Positions 29,776-44,822 of a stretch of DNA of 64,000 bases are shown one piece after another (the stretch's first letter is position 1; the number at the start of each line of letters is the position of its first letter). Below the pieces are notes generated by a model, which worked only from the letters and a program-made list of their open reading frames with translations, was not told where the DNA came from and ran no database searches. The position numbers and the translations under genes are program-made. The DNA is taken from contig OZ024750.1 in the NCBI GenBank assembly GCA_964016885.1, positions 45,198,001 to 45,262,000 on the forward strand. The letters are read 5' to 3'. Origin of the DNA: Eledone cirrhosa. Its lineage: Eukaryota.

Positions 29776-30322
<547 letters not shown>

Positions 30323-30889
30323 TATATATATACATATATATATATACACAGATCGATGTAGAGCGTGGGTGTTATATATCACAGCAGAAAGAATCTTTAC
30401 GTTTGTCGTATCTCACAGTAAAGACATCAATGTTATATCTATGAGAGATATCAAACGAATATTGTTCAATACATTAGTCGTGTTGATATTCACCTTTATT
30501 GATTTCCATGAGGTTATTTGCTTCAATATTTTCATTTATCTCTGTGGTATAACTTTCGGTATCTCGCATATGTACCACTTCTTTGCATGTATGTATGTAT
30601 GTATGTATGTATGTATGTATGTATGTATGTATGTATGTATGTATGTATGTATGTATGTATGTTCTTCTGGTTTTATAATTTCACAAAGTTTTATGTATGT
30701 ATATATGTATGTATGTAAGTATGTATATATGTATGTATGTATGTATATATGTATGTATGTAAGTATGTATGTATATATGTATGTAAGTTTGTATGTTCTT
30801 CTGGTTTTATAATTTCACAAAGTTTTATGTATGTATATATGTATGTATGTATGCATATACGTATGTATGTATATATGTATGTATGTAAG

Positions 30890-31465
30890 TTTATCTCTTT
30901 CTCCTAATTTCGAGAATATTTTTGACCGGCCACCTTCCTGGTGGCAAGGTTGTAAAAGAAAAAAAACTGTCATCCCTTGAATCGCAAGAATGTTTTGCAA
31001 ATTTTGAAGGTGCCAGCTTTCGCAGCCATTTGTAGACTATCAATTAGGGAGCTGCGCTCTTTGTCCGCAAATCCAAGTTAAGTTATACATTGGTCCAAGC
31101 GGGTTGGTATTTAACCCGCAGCTCCAATAATGATGGCTATGAAGCTAAAGGTGTATCTTGGGTACTGGATTTGTAAAGTCCTCATCAATGGTCCGTAGAG
31201 TTCCTCCTTCTCCTGTAGTTTTCTGACAACGTTTACATCAAGTGGGCAGCTGATATCCACAACAAAACACGTTTTCAATGTGTGGTCCCAAACAACAATA
31301 TCAGGCCGGTTGTGCTTTAATTTGGTGGCAGTTTTTATTTTCAGGTTCCACCAGTATTCCTTAGAGCCATCTGTCTCAATATATTCTTCCTCGTTTGTTG
31401 TTAATTTTGTTATCCGAAGTGCGTTCCAGATGGTTCTAGCTATCCCATCGTGTCTCATCGGGAGG
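30890..31465 (-). mobile_element. 5'-truncated R4/Dong-type LINE (restriction-like endonuclease)
   Basis: MRHD..EYWWN..HNRPDIVVWD..VVDISCPLD..K.EK..Y; (TATG)n both sides. Confidence 0.85.
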
Positions 31466-31497
31466 TATGTATATATGTATGTATATATGTATGTATG

Positions 31498-31540
<43 letters not shown>

Positions 31541-31951
31541 GTGTGTAAGTATGTATGTATTATGTATGTATTTATATGTATGTATATATGTTTGTATGTA
31601 TTTATGTATGTATTTATATATGTATTTATGCATGCATTTATATATGTATTTATGCATGTATATATGTATTTATGTAAGTATGTATGTTTTTGAATGTGTG
31701 TATGTATGTATGTAATTATGTATGTGTTTGAATGTATATGTGTATGTATGTATGTCTCTATGTATGTAGGTATGTATGTTTGTAGTTAGTTATGTAGAAA
31801 GTCAGGTGTGTATACATATATATAAATATACATGTATATAAATACGTATCCTCCACTCGCTTATACACAACATACACAACATACACAACATACACACTAC
31901 ACACAATGACCATACAAATATATATATATATAACATATATATATATATATG

Positions 31952-32051
<100 letters not shown>

Positions 32052-32209
32052 CATATATATATATATATATATATAATAATCAGGGTTGACGGACCCAGCA
32101 TATTTATCAATGCCAGTACCGGTTGTATCTCAGCGCACTCAATGGGCAATGTAAGATACATGTAAGATATATATATATATATGTATATATGTATATCTAT
32201 ATGTGTATG

Positions 32210-32267
<58 letters not shown>

Positions 32268-32361
32268 TACATATATATATACATATATATATATATACAC
32301 ACACACACATATATATATATATATGTATGTGTGTGTGTAGGAGTATATTATAGCGTGGGTG

Positions 32362-32405
<44 letters not shown>

Positions 32406-32436
32406 CACCGACGCTAAAATATACACCTACATATGT

Positions 32437-32487
<51 letters not shown>

Positions 32488-33341
32488 TCACCATATAGAT
32501 ACGTATATACTGTATACACGTCCATACATGTATATATTATATGTGTCTATGTATCTATGTGATATTTAATATAGATCAAATCATACCCTCACATTCCTTT
32601 ACCCAAAACACTCCTCTTTCGTGCATTCCTATTCGTGTAGAAATAAAACAGTCTCATACAAATAGAATCACACAATAGAAACATTGCTTTGCCTGGTCTC
32701 ATTGAAAATCATCTCTCACATACTTGTAACTAGTAACTTAATTCAAAAATTGTAAAATCAAAGTAGAACCTAAAGTGATCAACCAACAGAACCTGTTCTA
32801 TTTCCTCCTCAAACTGCAGCAAAAACTGTCGTTTTCCGAGGCCTCTTACTGTTTGTATTGTATTTCCATCACGAAATGCTTGCATCTGACGACTGTCACA
32901 TCTTGGAATATATTTGATGTTAACGTAGTTGGGAAGCTTGGCAGAAAATGCGCCAACAACCTTTTGCATTATATTGGTCTTTTTTCGTATTTTTCCCTTC
33001 TCTTTCCACTACCATTTATAACGGTTGTTTGATGTAGTGTGCAAAATCGATGTTTTATGTTGAGTTTCCTTCTGTTACTTCTTGGCAGGATGTCTGTGAA
33101 TTGTGCTTGTGATTGATATTAAGCAAAGGAGGAGTTTATAAAAGTGACGAAATGTATAAGTAAATGTAAATACCTCGGAAATATAGATTGGAATTGGTGA
33201 GGAGATTGGAAGGAAAGAAATAAAGGAAAGAAATGAAGGTATGACTGTAACAGTAGAAATCTAGAAATCAGCCGAATTTGATGCAGAAACGTTTTAAAAG
33301 ACAGAAGGAAAATATAATGTTAGCTGTAATTTGCTTGCTTG

Positions 33342-33448
<107 letters not shown>

Positions 33449-33488
33449 TTATATATTTATTTATATATATATATACACACACACATAT

Positions 33489-33574
<86 letters not shown>

Positions 33575-34269
33575 GCGCACATACACACAAACGCGTGTAC
33601 ACACAGACGGACAGACAATTACAAAAAGATGAACGTGTATACAAGGAGAAATAAAATAAAAGATAAAAAAAAACGATAATCATTTAGTGAGAAAAGACAA
33701 GTTGATGTGAAATAAGCGACAATATCCAATACACTTTCTTCAAAGCTGAATTGTTTTAATTCATCTTACTGGTAAACCGAACAGAACATCAAACGCCGAA
33801 AGGACTTTCAAAATCGAACCGATTCTAGTCCGCAAGCAAGAGGAAAATAAATTGAAAAGGAGAATAAAATGGTAGGGAATGTGATAAAGAGAGTGAAGCT
33901 TTTAAGTTGATCAGCTTGATAAATCATAGTATTTCTTGAACAGTCAAAAAGCAAAACAGAATTAAAAAAGAAATGAAAAATGCCTGGTTTTTCTAATATA
34001 TCTTTTGTGATAAAAGCTATATAATCATATAAAAGTATATTTCATTGTTAAATACATGTTAATAGTTTATTTTGTATATTTATGATATTTATTCGAATAA
34101 TATATTTGCATAGGTTAGATATTAATCTGGGGATTAATATGATGTAGAATATTAAAGAATAAAATTAGGTCGGTTCCCAGGAGATAAGTTTATACTTTTG
34201 AAAATCATAAGAACTGTGAAACCAGTAAAGTAAATAAATAAGACTTCAGTTGCTTTTTCAATTTCTTTT

Positions 34270-34327
<58 letters not shown>

Positions 34328-34573
34328 GGCTTCCACGACGTGATAGTGCTACTGCCCGTATCTTACAGAAATAAACACTATTAAACGCGATCTTCATCTT
34401 ATTACAAACTATTCTTCTAAACTTATCTCCAAGACAAATTAAATATTATGAGCAGGTTATTTTAAAATTTAGGATACAACTAAATTCTAAATATTTGTGA
34501 TTTGTTGACGAAACATACGTCAATCTCAACACTAATAATAATACATATATATAGTGTGTGTCTGTATAGATAC

Positions 34574-34610
<37 letters not shown>

Positions 34611-35369
34611 CATATATATGTGTGTATATATATATCTGTGTGTATATGTGTGTATGTAACATAGTGCGTGTGTGTGTATATATATATCTATGCATATTTC
34701 TACTAGTTCGTCAGATGTTTGGAAAATATTCATATATATCGGCTATATCGGTTTAATCTGTTTATAGAGTAATGATACATTTTCTTTTAGTGTGGCCTTA
34801 TGTGTCAAAAGATGCAATGTTGTATCAGTCCATAGCCTGGAAAATTATCTTTTCATGTGACGAGACATCAACAGATGCAGTGGATACGACTTAATACGAT
34901 GTTGTTAATATCATCTTTGAAGTTCTGTTCGTTGAATCATTTCAGGCAGTATTTGTTTAGGCAAACGAAATCCAAAGAACAGTCTTATGATCGAAGAATC
35001 AGCATGCTGTTTACTTAGAAAATGTCTAAGGGCGAAAGAGTTGGAGAGTATGCAGTGGTGTTAGTTTGAGAAAGTCTTATTATAATAGAGCTATTGTAAA
35101 TATATCTATATATGTAACCAAAAAGTTACCAGGTTTTTCACTTACCTTCTAACACACTGCCAAATTTCCTCATACATTGCAGAGTGTTGTGAACCAACCA
35201 TATCTTTAATGAAGAAGGAGAATGCGTGTCTGTAACAAAGAGAGAATTACAGAGAGATATTTTGAAAAATATTTTACTATATGTAAAGAACCGCAATTTT
35301 ACATCAGTTGAAAATCTCAGAAAACGTTCCATTAAATCGAACAGTAGTGTCTCATATAGGGAAGGGTAT

Positions 35370-35595
35370 CGATAGTCGATCGACTTTCGTCAAATCGGAT
35401 CGAGGAAAAGATGTTTCAAAATCGAGGAAAAGATGTTTCAATTACTAATACTATCTATCGGTCGCAACTCCAGGTAGAAGGAGCAACGTGACATAAATTG
35501 TCTTGCCCAAGGACATAACGCATTATCCGGTCCTGGAATCGAAATCACAACCTCACAATTGCGAATCCAATTCTTTAACAACTCAGCCAGGCGTG
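35370..35595 (-). mobile_element. tRNA/CORE SINE with a distinct 3' tail
   Basis: Head tggctgagttgttaaag..ttcgattcc, CORE-like tgtccttgggcaagac, tail ending tttgacgaaagtcgatcga; also at 26510-26618 and 44843-44970. Confidence 0.7.
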
Positions 35596-36089
35596 TTTGT
35601 GTAGTCATTCTTTCTTTGTCGTGAATTGTCCTTACTATGGCCAAACGTTTCATCTTTTGCCACGATTACTCGGCATATGGATTACGGTCAAACTACTACA
35701 CATTCCTGTGGTATATTTAGTCTCACTCCCTTTTAGTATACCAGGTAAAGATTCATTTCATCTCATGAATGTGAAGGCGCATGGCTTATTGGTTAGAGCA
35801 TTGGGCTTGCAATCGAAAGGTTGTGAGTTCAATTCTCGGACCGGGTGATGCGTTGTTTCCTTGACCAAGACACTTTATTTCACGTTGCTCCAGTTTACTC
35901 AGCTGTAGAAATGAGATGATAGGACTGGGATACTTATCATTAAATTACCCAAGACACCTCCACCGAGATATACCTTGGAGGAGGCCAGCTAAACCTGCAT
36001 ATGTGTGAGCTGTCACACACATGAATAAACACTTTTTGCTGTGAACATAACGAGTGAATTTCATTATATATTTAAAGGTGTTGGATTTA

Positions 36090-37205
36090 AAGGGCGGTGG
36101 ATTGGCAGTATCGGTAGAGGGTCGGACGCCATGCTTTGACGCATAGAGTTACGGCCCTTGCCATTATGAGTTCAAATCACGCCGAGGTTAACTTTGTCTT
36201 TCATCCTTACGGGGTCGATATAATAAAGTACCAGTAATATACTGGGTAATTGCTGGCCTTGTGCCAAAAGTTGAAACAATTATTATTAAGGGGCATGGAT
36301 TGGCAGTATCGGTAGAGGGTCGGACGTCATGCTTTGACGCATAGAGTTACGGCCCTTGCCATTCTGAGTTCAAATCCCGCCGAGGTTAACTTTGCCTTTC
36401 ATCCTTACGGGGTCGATATAATAAAGTACCAGTAATATATAGTGGGTAATTGCTGCTCTTGTGCCAAAAGTAGAAACAATTATATATTTAAAGGTGTAAG
36501 ATATAATATAAATAAAATCTGTCTGATATTTCCAGCAGACCGGACACATGCGTACATTTTCCCTCGATGAATGGCACACATTGTTTATACGTATATATCT
36601 GAGGTACTCCTATGTATGGTACTGTAACTCCTGAATGATTCGTAGGGGCGGTGTATTGACATACGGCGTTTCTTGGGTATTTTAATCATGGTGGGGCCCA
36701 TCCCCCTCTAGGTCTGAGTACAGCAGATTTCTTCCAGAGAAAGATAGAAAGAGAGAGAGGAAATAAGAAAGAGATATAGAGGAAGAATCGACCCGAGTAC
36801 TAGACTGGTACTTATTTATCGACTTCAAAATGATGAAAGGCAAAGATGACCTCGGCCGGATTTGAACTTAGAGAGCTGAATGGTGGAACAATGCCTTAAA
36901 ATATTCTATAGAGTAAGAATCGACCTCAGTACAAGACTGGTACTTTTTTATGGATCTCGAAAAGATGAAATGCAAAGTTGACCTCGGTGGGATTTGAACT
37001 TAGGGAGCAGAAAACCGGAACAATACCTTAAAATATTCTATAGAGTAAGAATCGAATCAGTACAAGACTGGTACTTTTTTAAGGATCTCGAAAAGATGAA
37101 ATGCAAAGTTGACCTCGGCGGGATTTGAACCTAGGGAGCAGAATGGCGGAACAATACCTTAAAATATTCTATTCGAGCTTCTAACGACTCTACCTATTCG
37201 CTACC
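36090..37205. mobile_element. SINE clusters: dimer 36090-36482 (+) and three ~126-bp tandem partial copies 36785-37205 (-)
   Basis: Family sequence; dimer flanked by tatatatttaaaggtgt direct repeat. Confidence 0.8.
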
Positions 37206-37874
37206 TCTTAGATGTATGACGTTTTCAAATTAAGAATATAATTTGATTCCTTGTAATTACTTTGACACTTAACTGACTTAGAGCATTTACTAAATGCATG
37301 AATATCACATAATTTCAATTTTCCGCCATTTTAAATCTGAGACATTAGGTCTATGTAATAACAATTGTCCATTTTGATATTACAGCTGATTCTACTAGTT
37401 ATTATGAAGAACATGGAGCAGAACACATCTCTTATAAATAATGCATTATAAAATTCTAATCAACTACGAAATACGTATAATGTGCATAATTATCACGTCA
37501 ATATCTATCATGTATACGTAATGAAATAATAAATATTCTATTACAACTCAACTTGGTAGCCACTATGCTGTCCCTCGACCTGCTAGTAATAGTAACCAAA
37601 TCTCACTTGTATCACAGTCTACTGTCTTAAATGAGATGATACATTTTCTTTTATTCTTTATTCGTTTCTGTCATTAAACTGCCGTCCGACACCCAGTACA
37701 CTCTGTATATTGTTAGTGCTGGTGTCAGCATAAAGAGGACCCAGTGAACTATATAAATTGTTAGTACATGTGTTATAATAAAAATTACCCAGTATATTTT
37801 GTATAGTAGTAGTACTGGGGCCACAATGAAACGTACCTTGTACACTGTAAATTAGTAGAGCTGGTGTAACAATA

Positions 37875-38064
37875 TAATTGTTTCTACTTTAGGCACAAGG
37901 CCAGCAATTACACAGTACATTACTGGTACTTTATTTTATCGACCCCGTAAGGATGAAAGTCAAAGTCAACCTCGGCGGGATTTGAACTTAGATCGTAAAG
38001 GGACGTAACTATGCTAGAAAGCATGGCGTCCGACCCTCTACCGATACTGCCAATCCACCGCCCT
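37875..38064 (-). mobile_element. ~200-bp SINE with TSD tgtaacaatataat
   Basis: Family sequence with flanking direct repeat. Confidence 0.85.
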
Positions 38065-38275
38065 AACAATGTAACAATATAATGCACGGAGTTCACTCTG
38101 TAAAACGTCTCTGCTGGGCGGGGTCGGATTATTTTTTTGTCAAGCCCTAAGTACTTGAAAGGTTTTCCCATTCCCGTCCTCTTTATAAAGTTGTTTATAT
38201 AAGGGGTTACAATGATGTATGTGCGTTTTATTTTTGATTAGTCTTTGTCGCTAAATTGCGGTCATACTGGGGCAT

Positions 38276-38346
38276 CTTCTTACTGAGTTTCGAACTCGGA
38301 TCACTGGATCCGAAGTCCAGTCTTGTTACTATTACCCCATGGTGCA
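38276..38346 (-). pseudogene. tRNA-Gln-like pseudogene or SINE head
   Basis: ccatggggtaatagt..ctggacttcggatccagtgatccgagttcgaaactcagt resembles tRNA-Gln; acceptor stem broken. Confidence 0.5.
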
Positions 38347-38460
38347 ATCAGCTAAAAAAGATGTGTTAGTTGTGGTTACTCATTTGAATAGACGAGGGTC
38401 ACCATTGTGCTAAAAACCAAAGGCAGAATGTATAAGAAACTATTTATATACCCTCAACAT

Positions 38461-38798
38461 CAGAGATTCTAAAAACTTTTGAGCGATTGCCCCCCTCAAG
38501 GCCTCGTTATAACCTCAGCGTTCTCCAAACCTATTTCCAGAGAGACCTCTCTACACGCAAATCGTATATAATATATAATAAATAAAATCATTAATTGATA
38601 TATAATAAATAATATATTATATACTATGTATAAATAAATATATATTTTACATTTTACTATATTTATATATATGTATCATTTGATCTTTAATGTACTAATA
38701 TATCATCTCTACTACGCCCACAGTCCGCAGCGCTCCACTGGGACTTCTCTATGCCCCCCCCCCCTCGTGGACAGTACCGCCCACTTTGAGAACCTCTG
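38461..38798 (-). mobile_element. hAT-type MITE
   Basis: TIRs cagagattctaaaa / tttgagaacctctg; perfect 8-bp TSD ctcaacat. Confidence 0.85.
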
Positions 38799-39689
38799 CT
38801 CAACATGATATAACCTTGGGTTATTATGTAAATACTATCTAAATAATGTCTGTAATGAGTTTGCATGTCTAGTAGTTTCCCTCGTAGTCCAGTAATCAGA
38901 TATTTGGCTGTATAAAAGTTAATAGGATATATAAAAAACATTAAATTATTATTGAAATCTGAACGACTAAAACACTTGAAGATGCTGCTCTAGCGTGTCC
39001 ACAGTCGTATGAGAGAAACTATTAAAAAGTATTAAACTATTAAAAAGAGAGGGCCCCAATTGGTCACAAATAACCATGATTTTTTGCACCCAGAAAGTTT
39101 CCCTCCGCGGCACAAGCAGGGCTAGTTTTGTTTTGTGGAAGACCAGTAGTCACCCATGAATATCAGTCTCCCCTATCCATGTCACCGATGTTGTCCAAGG
39201 AAAAGTCAATGACCGATAGAGCTTGACACCAGTGATGTCATGAATCATTTCTGCAGCTAAGTAAACTGAGGCAACGTGAAATAAAGTGTCTTAGTCAAGG
39301 AGACAACGCATCAACCGGCCAGAGAATCGAACTAATAGCCTCTCAATTGCAAGCCCAATGTTCTAGCCACTAAGTCATGGGCCTTCATGCAATATCGAGA
39401 AAAACTCCAGCCACATATGCACGCTTATAAAATACGTCATATATAAAATTATGTGATGAATATCGAATTTATCACCTCTCAAGAAATGCTTTAGAAGGAT
39501 GTTTCACACTATAAAAAAAACAAACAAACTGTGAATGATGTGAACTCATAGAAACATGGAAGTATATAGAACAACCTATAAAAGGGCATAGAAACATGAA
39601 GCAGGAAGAAACATGGTATAAACCACTTCTCATATAATTCAAACGTAACTACAAATCTTACAATACATTCCAGGCACTATTTACTAGAC

Positions 39690-40032
39690 CAGAGGTTCTC
39701 AAAGTGGTGGCTACCACCCACCAGGGGACATTTGGTAGGTCCAGGGGGCGATGGGGTCTGTGGGGGCTGTAGGGATGATATAATAGTATATTAAATATCA
39801 AATGATACATATTAAATATAAATATAGTAAAATATATATATATATATATTTATTTATACATAGTATAATATACGTATTATTTATATATACATTAACGGTT
39901 TTATTTATTATATATTATCTACAACTTGCAAGTAGTTATGTTTTTCTGGAAAAGGGTTGGGAGCGTTGAGGATATTACGTAAGCGTGAAGGGGTGGGGTG
40001 GGGCAATGACCCAACAAGTTTGAGAACCTCTG
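39690..40032 (+). mobile_element. hAT-type MITE (same family)
   Basis: 14-bp TIR cagaggttctcaaa; 8-bp TSD tactagac/cactagac. Confidence 0.9.
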
Positions 40033-40174
40033 CACTAGACAATCCATGGTTTCGCACACACCATGAAACATTAAAAAAAAATTCCATAAAATGCAGTTTT
40101 AATTGTTCAGATAAAAGGGTCACAAATCTTCAATTGCAACCAATGGGCAGCACAGATCCATGCTATAATGGTTT

Positions 40175-40607
40175 CTTATATAGGCATAAGACCAGCAATT
40201 TTGGGGGAGGGAAAAGTCTATCAAACGACCCCCCTGGCTGACTGGTGCTTTATTTTATCGACTCCGTAAGGATGAAAGGCAAAGTTAACATCGGCGTGAT
40301 TTGAACTCAGACCATAAAGGGTGGTAACTCTATGCTGCAAAGCATGGCCTCCGACCCTCTACTAATAGTACCAGTCCACCGCCCTGGTTCCATGCAATAA
40401 TTGTTTCTACTTTTTGGCACAATGCCAGCAATTACCCAGTGCATTACTGGTACTTTATTTTATCGACCCCGTAAGGATGAAAGTCAAAGTTAACCTCGGC
40501 GGGATTTGAACTCAGAATGCCAAGGGCCGTAACTCTATGCGTCAAAGCATGGCGTCCGACCCTCTACCGATACTGCCAATCAACCACCCTTGGTTCCATG
40601 CAATAAT
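40175..40607 (-). mobile_element. SINE dimer
   Basis: Two copies; second flanked by tggttccatgcaataat direct repeat. Confidence 0.85.
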
Positions 40608-43059
40608 AAAAGGATAAAATAATAAATACAGTGATACATATAACAACCCATATAATGAAACAGGTTTGTTGTTGTCCCTAAAGTAATAAGCTGGTGCATG
40701 ATAAACATTTCATATGGGTGTGACTATAGATGTGTGTATGAGTTTGTACGCGCATGTGAGTGTGGGTGAGTAGGCGTGTGTGTGTATGTGTGTGTGTGCG
40801 TTTCAAAGAGAGTGTGTGTGGTAGTTCCGTATATATCTGTCTATATGTGTATACACAGCTAAACATCTCAACATATATGTATACACTATTAGCAATAGCT
40901 ATGTAATTATTTCATTTGTGCGAATATCTCCTATATTATTTTATGTTTTTCCTTATAAACCATGTATAAAGAAGCTAGCACAAAACACTGGTATGGTTGT
41001 TTTGTTAATGTAACGATGTAAAAAAAAGAATTTTTTTCCCTGTCATGGACATTATTATACGACATATTAAATGGTATTTTAACTAATTTAGCTTCCTAAC
41101 AATTAATCATTGATTTTAATTTAAATTGAAATATCATTACTCTTCATAGTGCTAACATAAGTGTATTCTTTCTTTGTTCATAATCTTATACTGTTTCTAC
41201 CTACTACTCAGATGTGGAAAACTGCTTAGTGGGATATGTTCTGGCTTTTTACGCCTTGAGTTCAAATCCCTTCCAGAATCAATATAGGGTATAGATAATA
41301 GATTTTCCCTCCCCATAAATGTTTAGCCCTATGCCAAGTATCACTTTAAATGGTATTGGATTTGAAGAATTGATACAACATTAGATGAAATGTTTTGCAG
41401 TATTTATTTACGAATTTCTGCGTTCTGAGTTTAAATCCTGACAATGTAAACTATGCCTTTCATCCTTCCATGGGCGAGGAAATATTTTCTTTTTAAATTT
41501 AATTGTGAAATACTTTGAAGAAGGGGAGTACAGGAACTCTTATATCCTAGGGAAGTACAAAAGGTATATCTACGTGACATTTCTGAAAGAAAGCTTTTAT
41601 GAAAGAAAGCTTTCTTTTGTTTACAAGTTTTCAATAGAGCTTCTTCAACTGAAGGAGCAGGCAAAGTAGTTCAGCAAAGGTTTGAGGTAATAATTCAAGA
41701 ATTCAAGAAAGGTATGTTATAAAAGGAACGAGAAAAATCAACAACAAAGAAAAGTACATTGAAATGAATCAGATACACTCACAAGCATAGATAATCACAA
41801 TCTTATGCTCGAAAACAAAACACGGAACAAAAAATTCGCAACATAAAGAGAGTATTAACGAAGGTAAAAACATCGCAAATTTTATTATATAAAAATATGT
41901 ATCAACATCAACACTTTCACAAGTATTAGGAGCCGTTGAGATATTACAGTCCAATAACAGAAGAAAGCGTGGAAATACTACATCACAAAAGTCTGCGCCA
42001 TCTTGCTAGAGTAATTTGTCCAAGAATAGACAATGAGAAAGTTGACATATTTCTGCTTCGGGAGGGCCGGTGAGGATAGCGGGGCAAGGGCGGTTTCACT
42101 GCGTTGAGGATGTTCGTTGGCAATGCTGCTCTTTCCAGTCTGACAGAGCCATTTACAAGACGACACATAAAAAAAGAAACACAAAATTACACAGAGGAGT
42201 CCAATACAAAACCAGGAAGGCTATATATATATTTTTTTATTCTTATATTTTTTTCTTCTGCCGAAAGCTTTTATATCAGGCATATTGTTACCATTTTTTC
42301 TTATGTTTATTATACGTGACAATATTATTATCATTATTATTTACTATTTGAAACATAATGCTTCTTCCAAAAGTGAATTAAGTGTTATTTATACGCCACA
42401 TAATACTCGTTGGCAAAGTGTGTTTCTGAATCATATTACAAATTTCTTGATGTTGTAGTAATAACGACACCTTGAAACTTTCACATAACTAATTTTGACA
42501 GCTTTTCAAATTATATTTCAACATCAGCATTGATTATATTTATTTGTTTATTGATTTCGTGTGTTTAATATTTTTATTTCTATTTTTATTTTATTTTGTT
42601 TATATTTTATTTGATTTTGCTACACAATTCTAGCAAATTGTAATTCACAAATACACTCAAACTCACTCTCTCTCTCTCTCTCTCTCTCTGTCTTCGTCTC
42701 TCTCTCTCTCTCTATCTCTGTCTGTCACTCTCTCTTTCTCTCTCTCTTTCTCTGTCTCTCTATCTTTCTCTGTCTCTCTCTCTCCCTCTCTTTCTTTGTT
42801 AATTTTGTTTCTATCTGCATTTTCAATATATTTCAATGCACTCACTCACTCTTTCTCTCCAACACTCTCTCCCTCTCACTCTCTGTATTTCTCTCTCTCT
42901 TCCCCCAACTCTATGTCTGCCTCTCTCTCTCCCTCTCTGGCTCTCTCGTTGCTCTCTCTCTCTATATTATATAAATATATATCTATATATATATGTGTGT
43001 ATGTGTGTGTGTATGTATGGGTGTGTGTGTGTGTATGTGTGTGTATATATATATGTGTG

Positions 43060-43097
<38 letters not shown>

Positions 43098-43148
43098 TGT
43101 GTGTGTTTGTGTGTATACATATCTTTCTATGTATATGTATGTATGTAT

Positions 43149-44058
43149 GTTCTTCTGGTTTTATAATTTCACAAATGTTTACCAATAGAGAGAGTCGGTT
43201 TCTAACATAGACACAAGACTCTCTCATTGGAATTTACACAACATCAACTAGGTAGATTATGTATGCATGCATGTGTAGATGCGGATGTTATTGTATGTGT
43301 GGATGTGTATGTTTTGAGTTGTATGTGTGCATGTGTATATGCTTTGTATCTGTACATGTGTATATGCAGTTATTAGATGCAACATTTTTGGAATGTTTTA
43401 CATATTTTTACTGTTCCATTAATGGATTGCACTTGTAATTTCCTAACTAGTTGTGTTCTTTCTGTTCCTGTGAAGCCCAGCTTCTCAAGATTTGTATTGA
43501 GGCAGTTATTAACATATACCAGTGCCCCGATAATCACAGGCATAAATCTGAAGGTGTAATCAGGGTAGCTGCAGATTTCTCATCAGTTCTGCATAAATAT
43601 TCTCCTTTTCGACAATCTTAGATATTATATTGGCATCTGCTGGGCAGCTAATTTCCACTATTGTGCATGTTTTCTTCTCCCTGTCCCATATCATAATATC
43701 TGGTCTGTTATGCCTGCATTTTATTGGGTTTTTACTAGAACATTCCACCAGTACTCTTTCATATTATGTACATGGATGTCTTCCACATTCTTGTAGCTTT
43801 TAATGTGTTTATTATCGGGGCTATCTTTTTTTACGAACAGCATTGTACAGTGTTTTGGCCACTACATCATGCCTCATAGGTAGATAGTACCGCGATGACA
43901 TCTTTGGACAGCTGCTGATGACATGGGTGATATCCTCGATGTTAGTTCTGCAGAGTCTGCACTTGTTATCACATCTAGGTGTTTTGCCTGCATCCCTATC
44001 TCTTTTGTGAATCAGGTATTTCGTGCTAATCTCCTGTTCCTGGATTGCAAAAGCGTAA
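43149..44058 (-). mobile_element. 5'-truncated R4/Dong-type LINE (CCHC finger + restriction-like endonuclease + 3' UTR)
   Basis: AIQEQEI..CRLC..EDITHVISSC..RHD..EYWWN..NRPDIMIWD..VEISCP; frameshifted; (TATG)n at both ends. Confidence 0.9.
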
Positions 44059-44294
44059 TGTATGTATGGATGTATGTATGTGTATACATGTATAGAGACA
44101 TATACGACACTGCTGCTAGCCTCTCTTAACATCATAGATTTTATTCAAACGAAACATCATATTTATAAACTCTCTTCCAATCTATATCTAACGTTGTTTC
44201 ATCTCAACACTCATCTATACACATCACTATCGCTATTCGATATACACCCAATCATTCATGTACGGACTAATTTAGCAATATATATATGTGTATG

Positions 44295-44347
<53 letters not shown>

Positions 44348-44348
44348 T

Positions 44349-44482
<134 letters not shown>

Positions 44483-44514
44483 TACATATATATATAAATA
44501 TACATATACATATA

Positions 44515-44563
44515 ATGTATGACCTCGATGGAAGAGCTCAAGCGGTTTCGACGGCTATTTCTG

Positions 44564-44630
<67 letters not shown>

Positions 44631-44822
44631 AAAATGTATGACCTCGACGGAAGAGCTCAAGCAGTTTCGATGGTTATTTCTGGACTCAGAAATAGCCGTC
44701 GAAACGGCTTGAGCTCTGCCGTCGGGATCATACATTTTCCTATTACCCACTCTACTAACCTAAGTATTGAGTACTCTGGTGCGTTATGGTCCATCTGGTT
44801 CCTTACCATAACTCCTTCGTTA
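44515..44822 (+). mobile_element. Family A solo arm (44515-44563) and palindrome+tail copy (44627-44822)
   Basis: Same arms and tail as 783-977; axis at tttctg-gact-cagaaa. Confidence 0.85.

Larger units (their letters stand above)
27461..29781 (-). mobile_element. Rearranged Ty3/Gypsy LTR retrotransposon remnant (CsRn1-like, tRNA-Trp primed)
   Basis: 3' LTR 27624->27461 starts TGTAGTAAGA and has AATAAA; integrase C-terminus; second LTR copy split at 29570-29781 with PBS. Confidence 0.8.

Noticed and set aside
32730-32969. 79-aa non-repetitive ORF as a host exon
   Set aside because: No recognisable domain or supported splice structure; needs a BLAST or RNA-seq check
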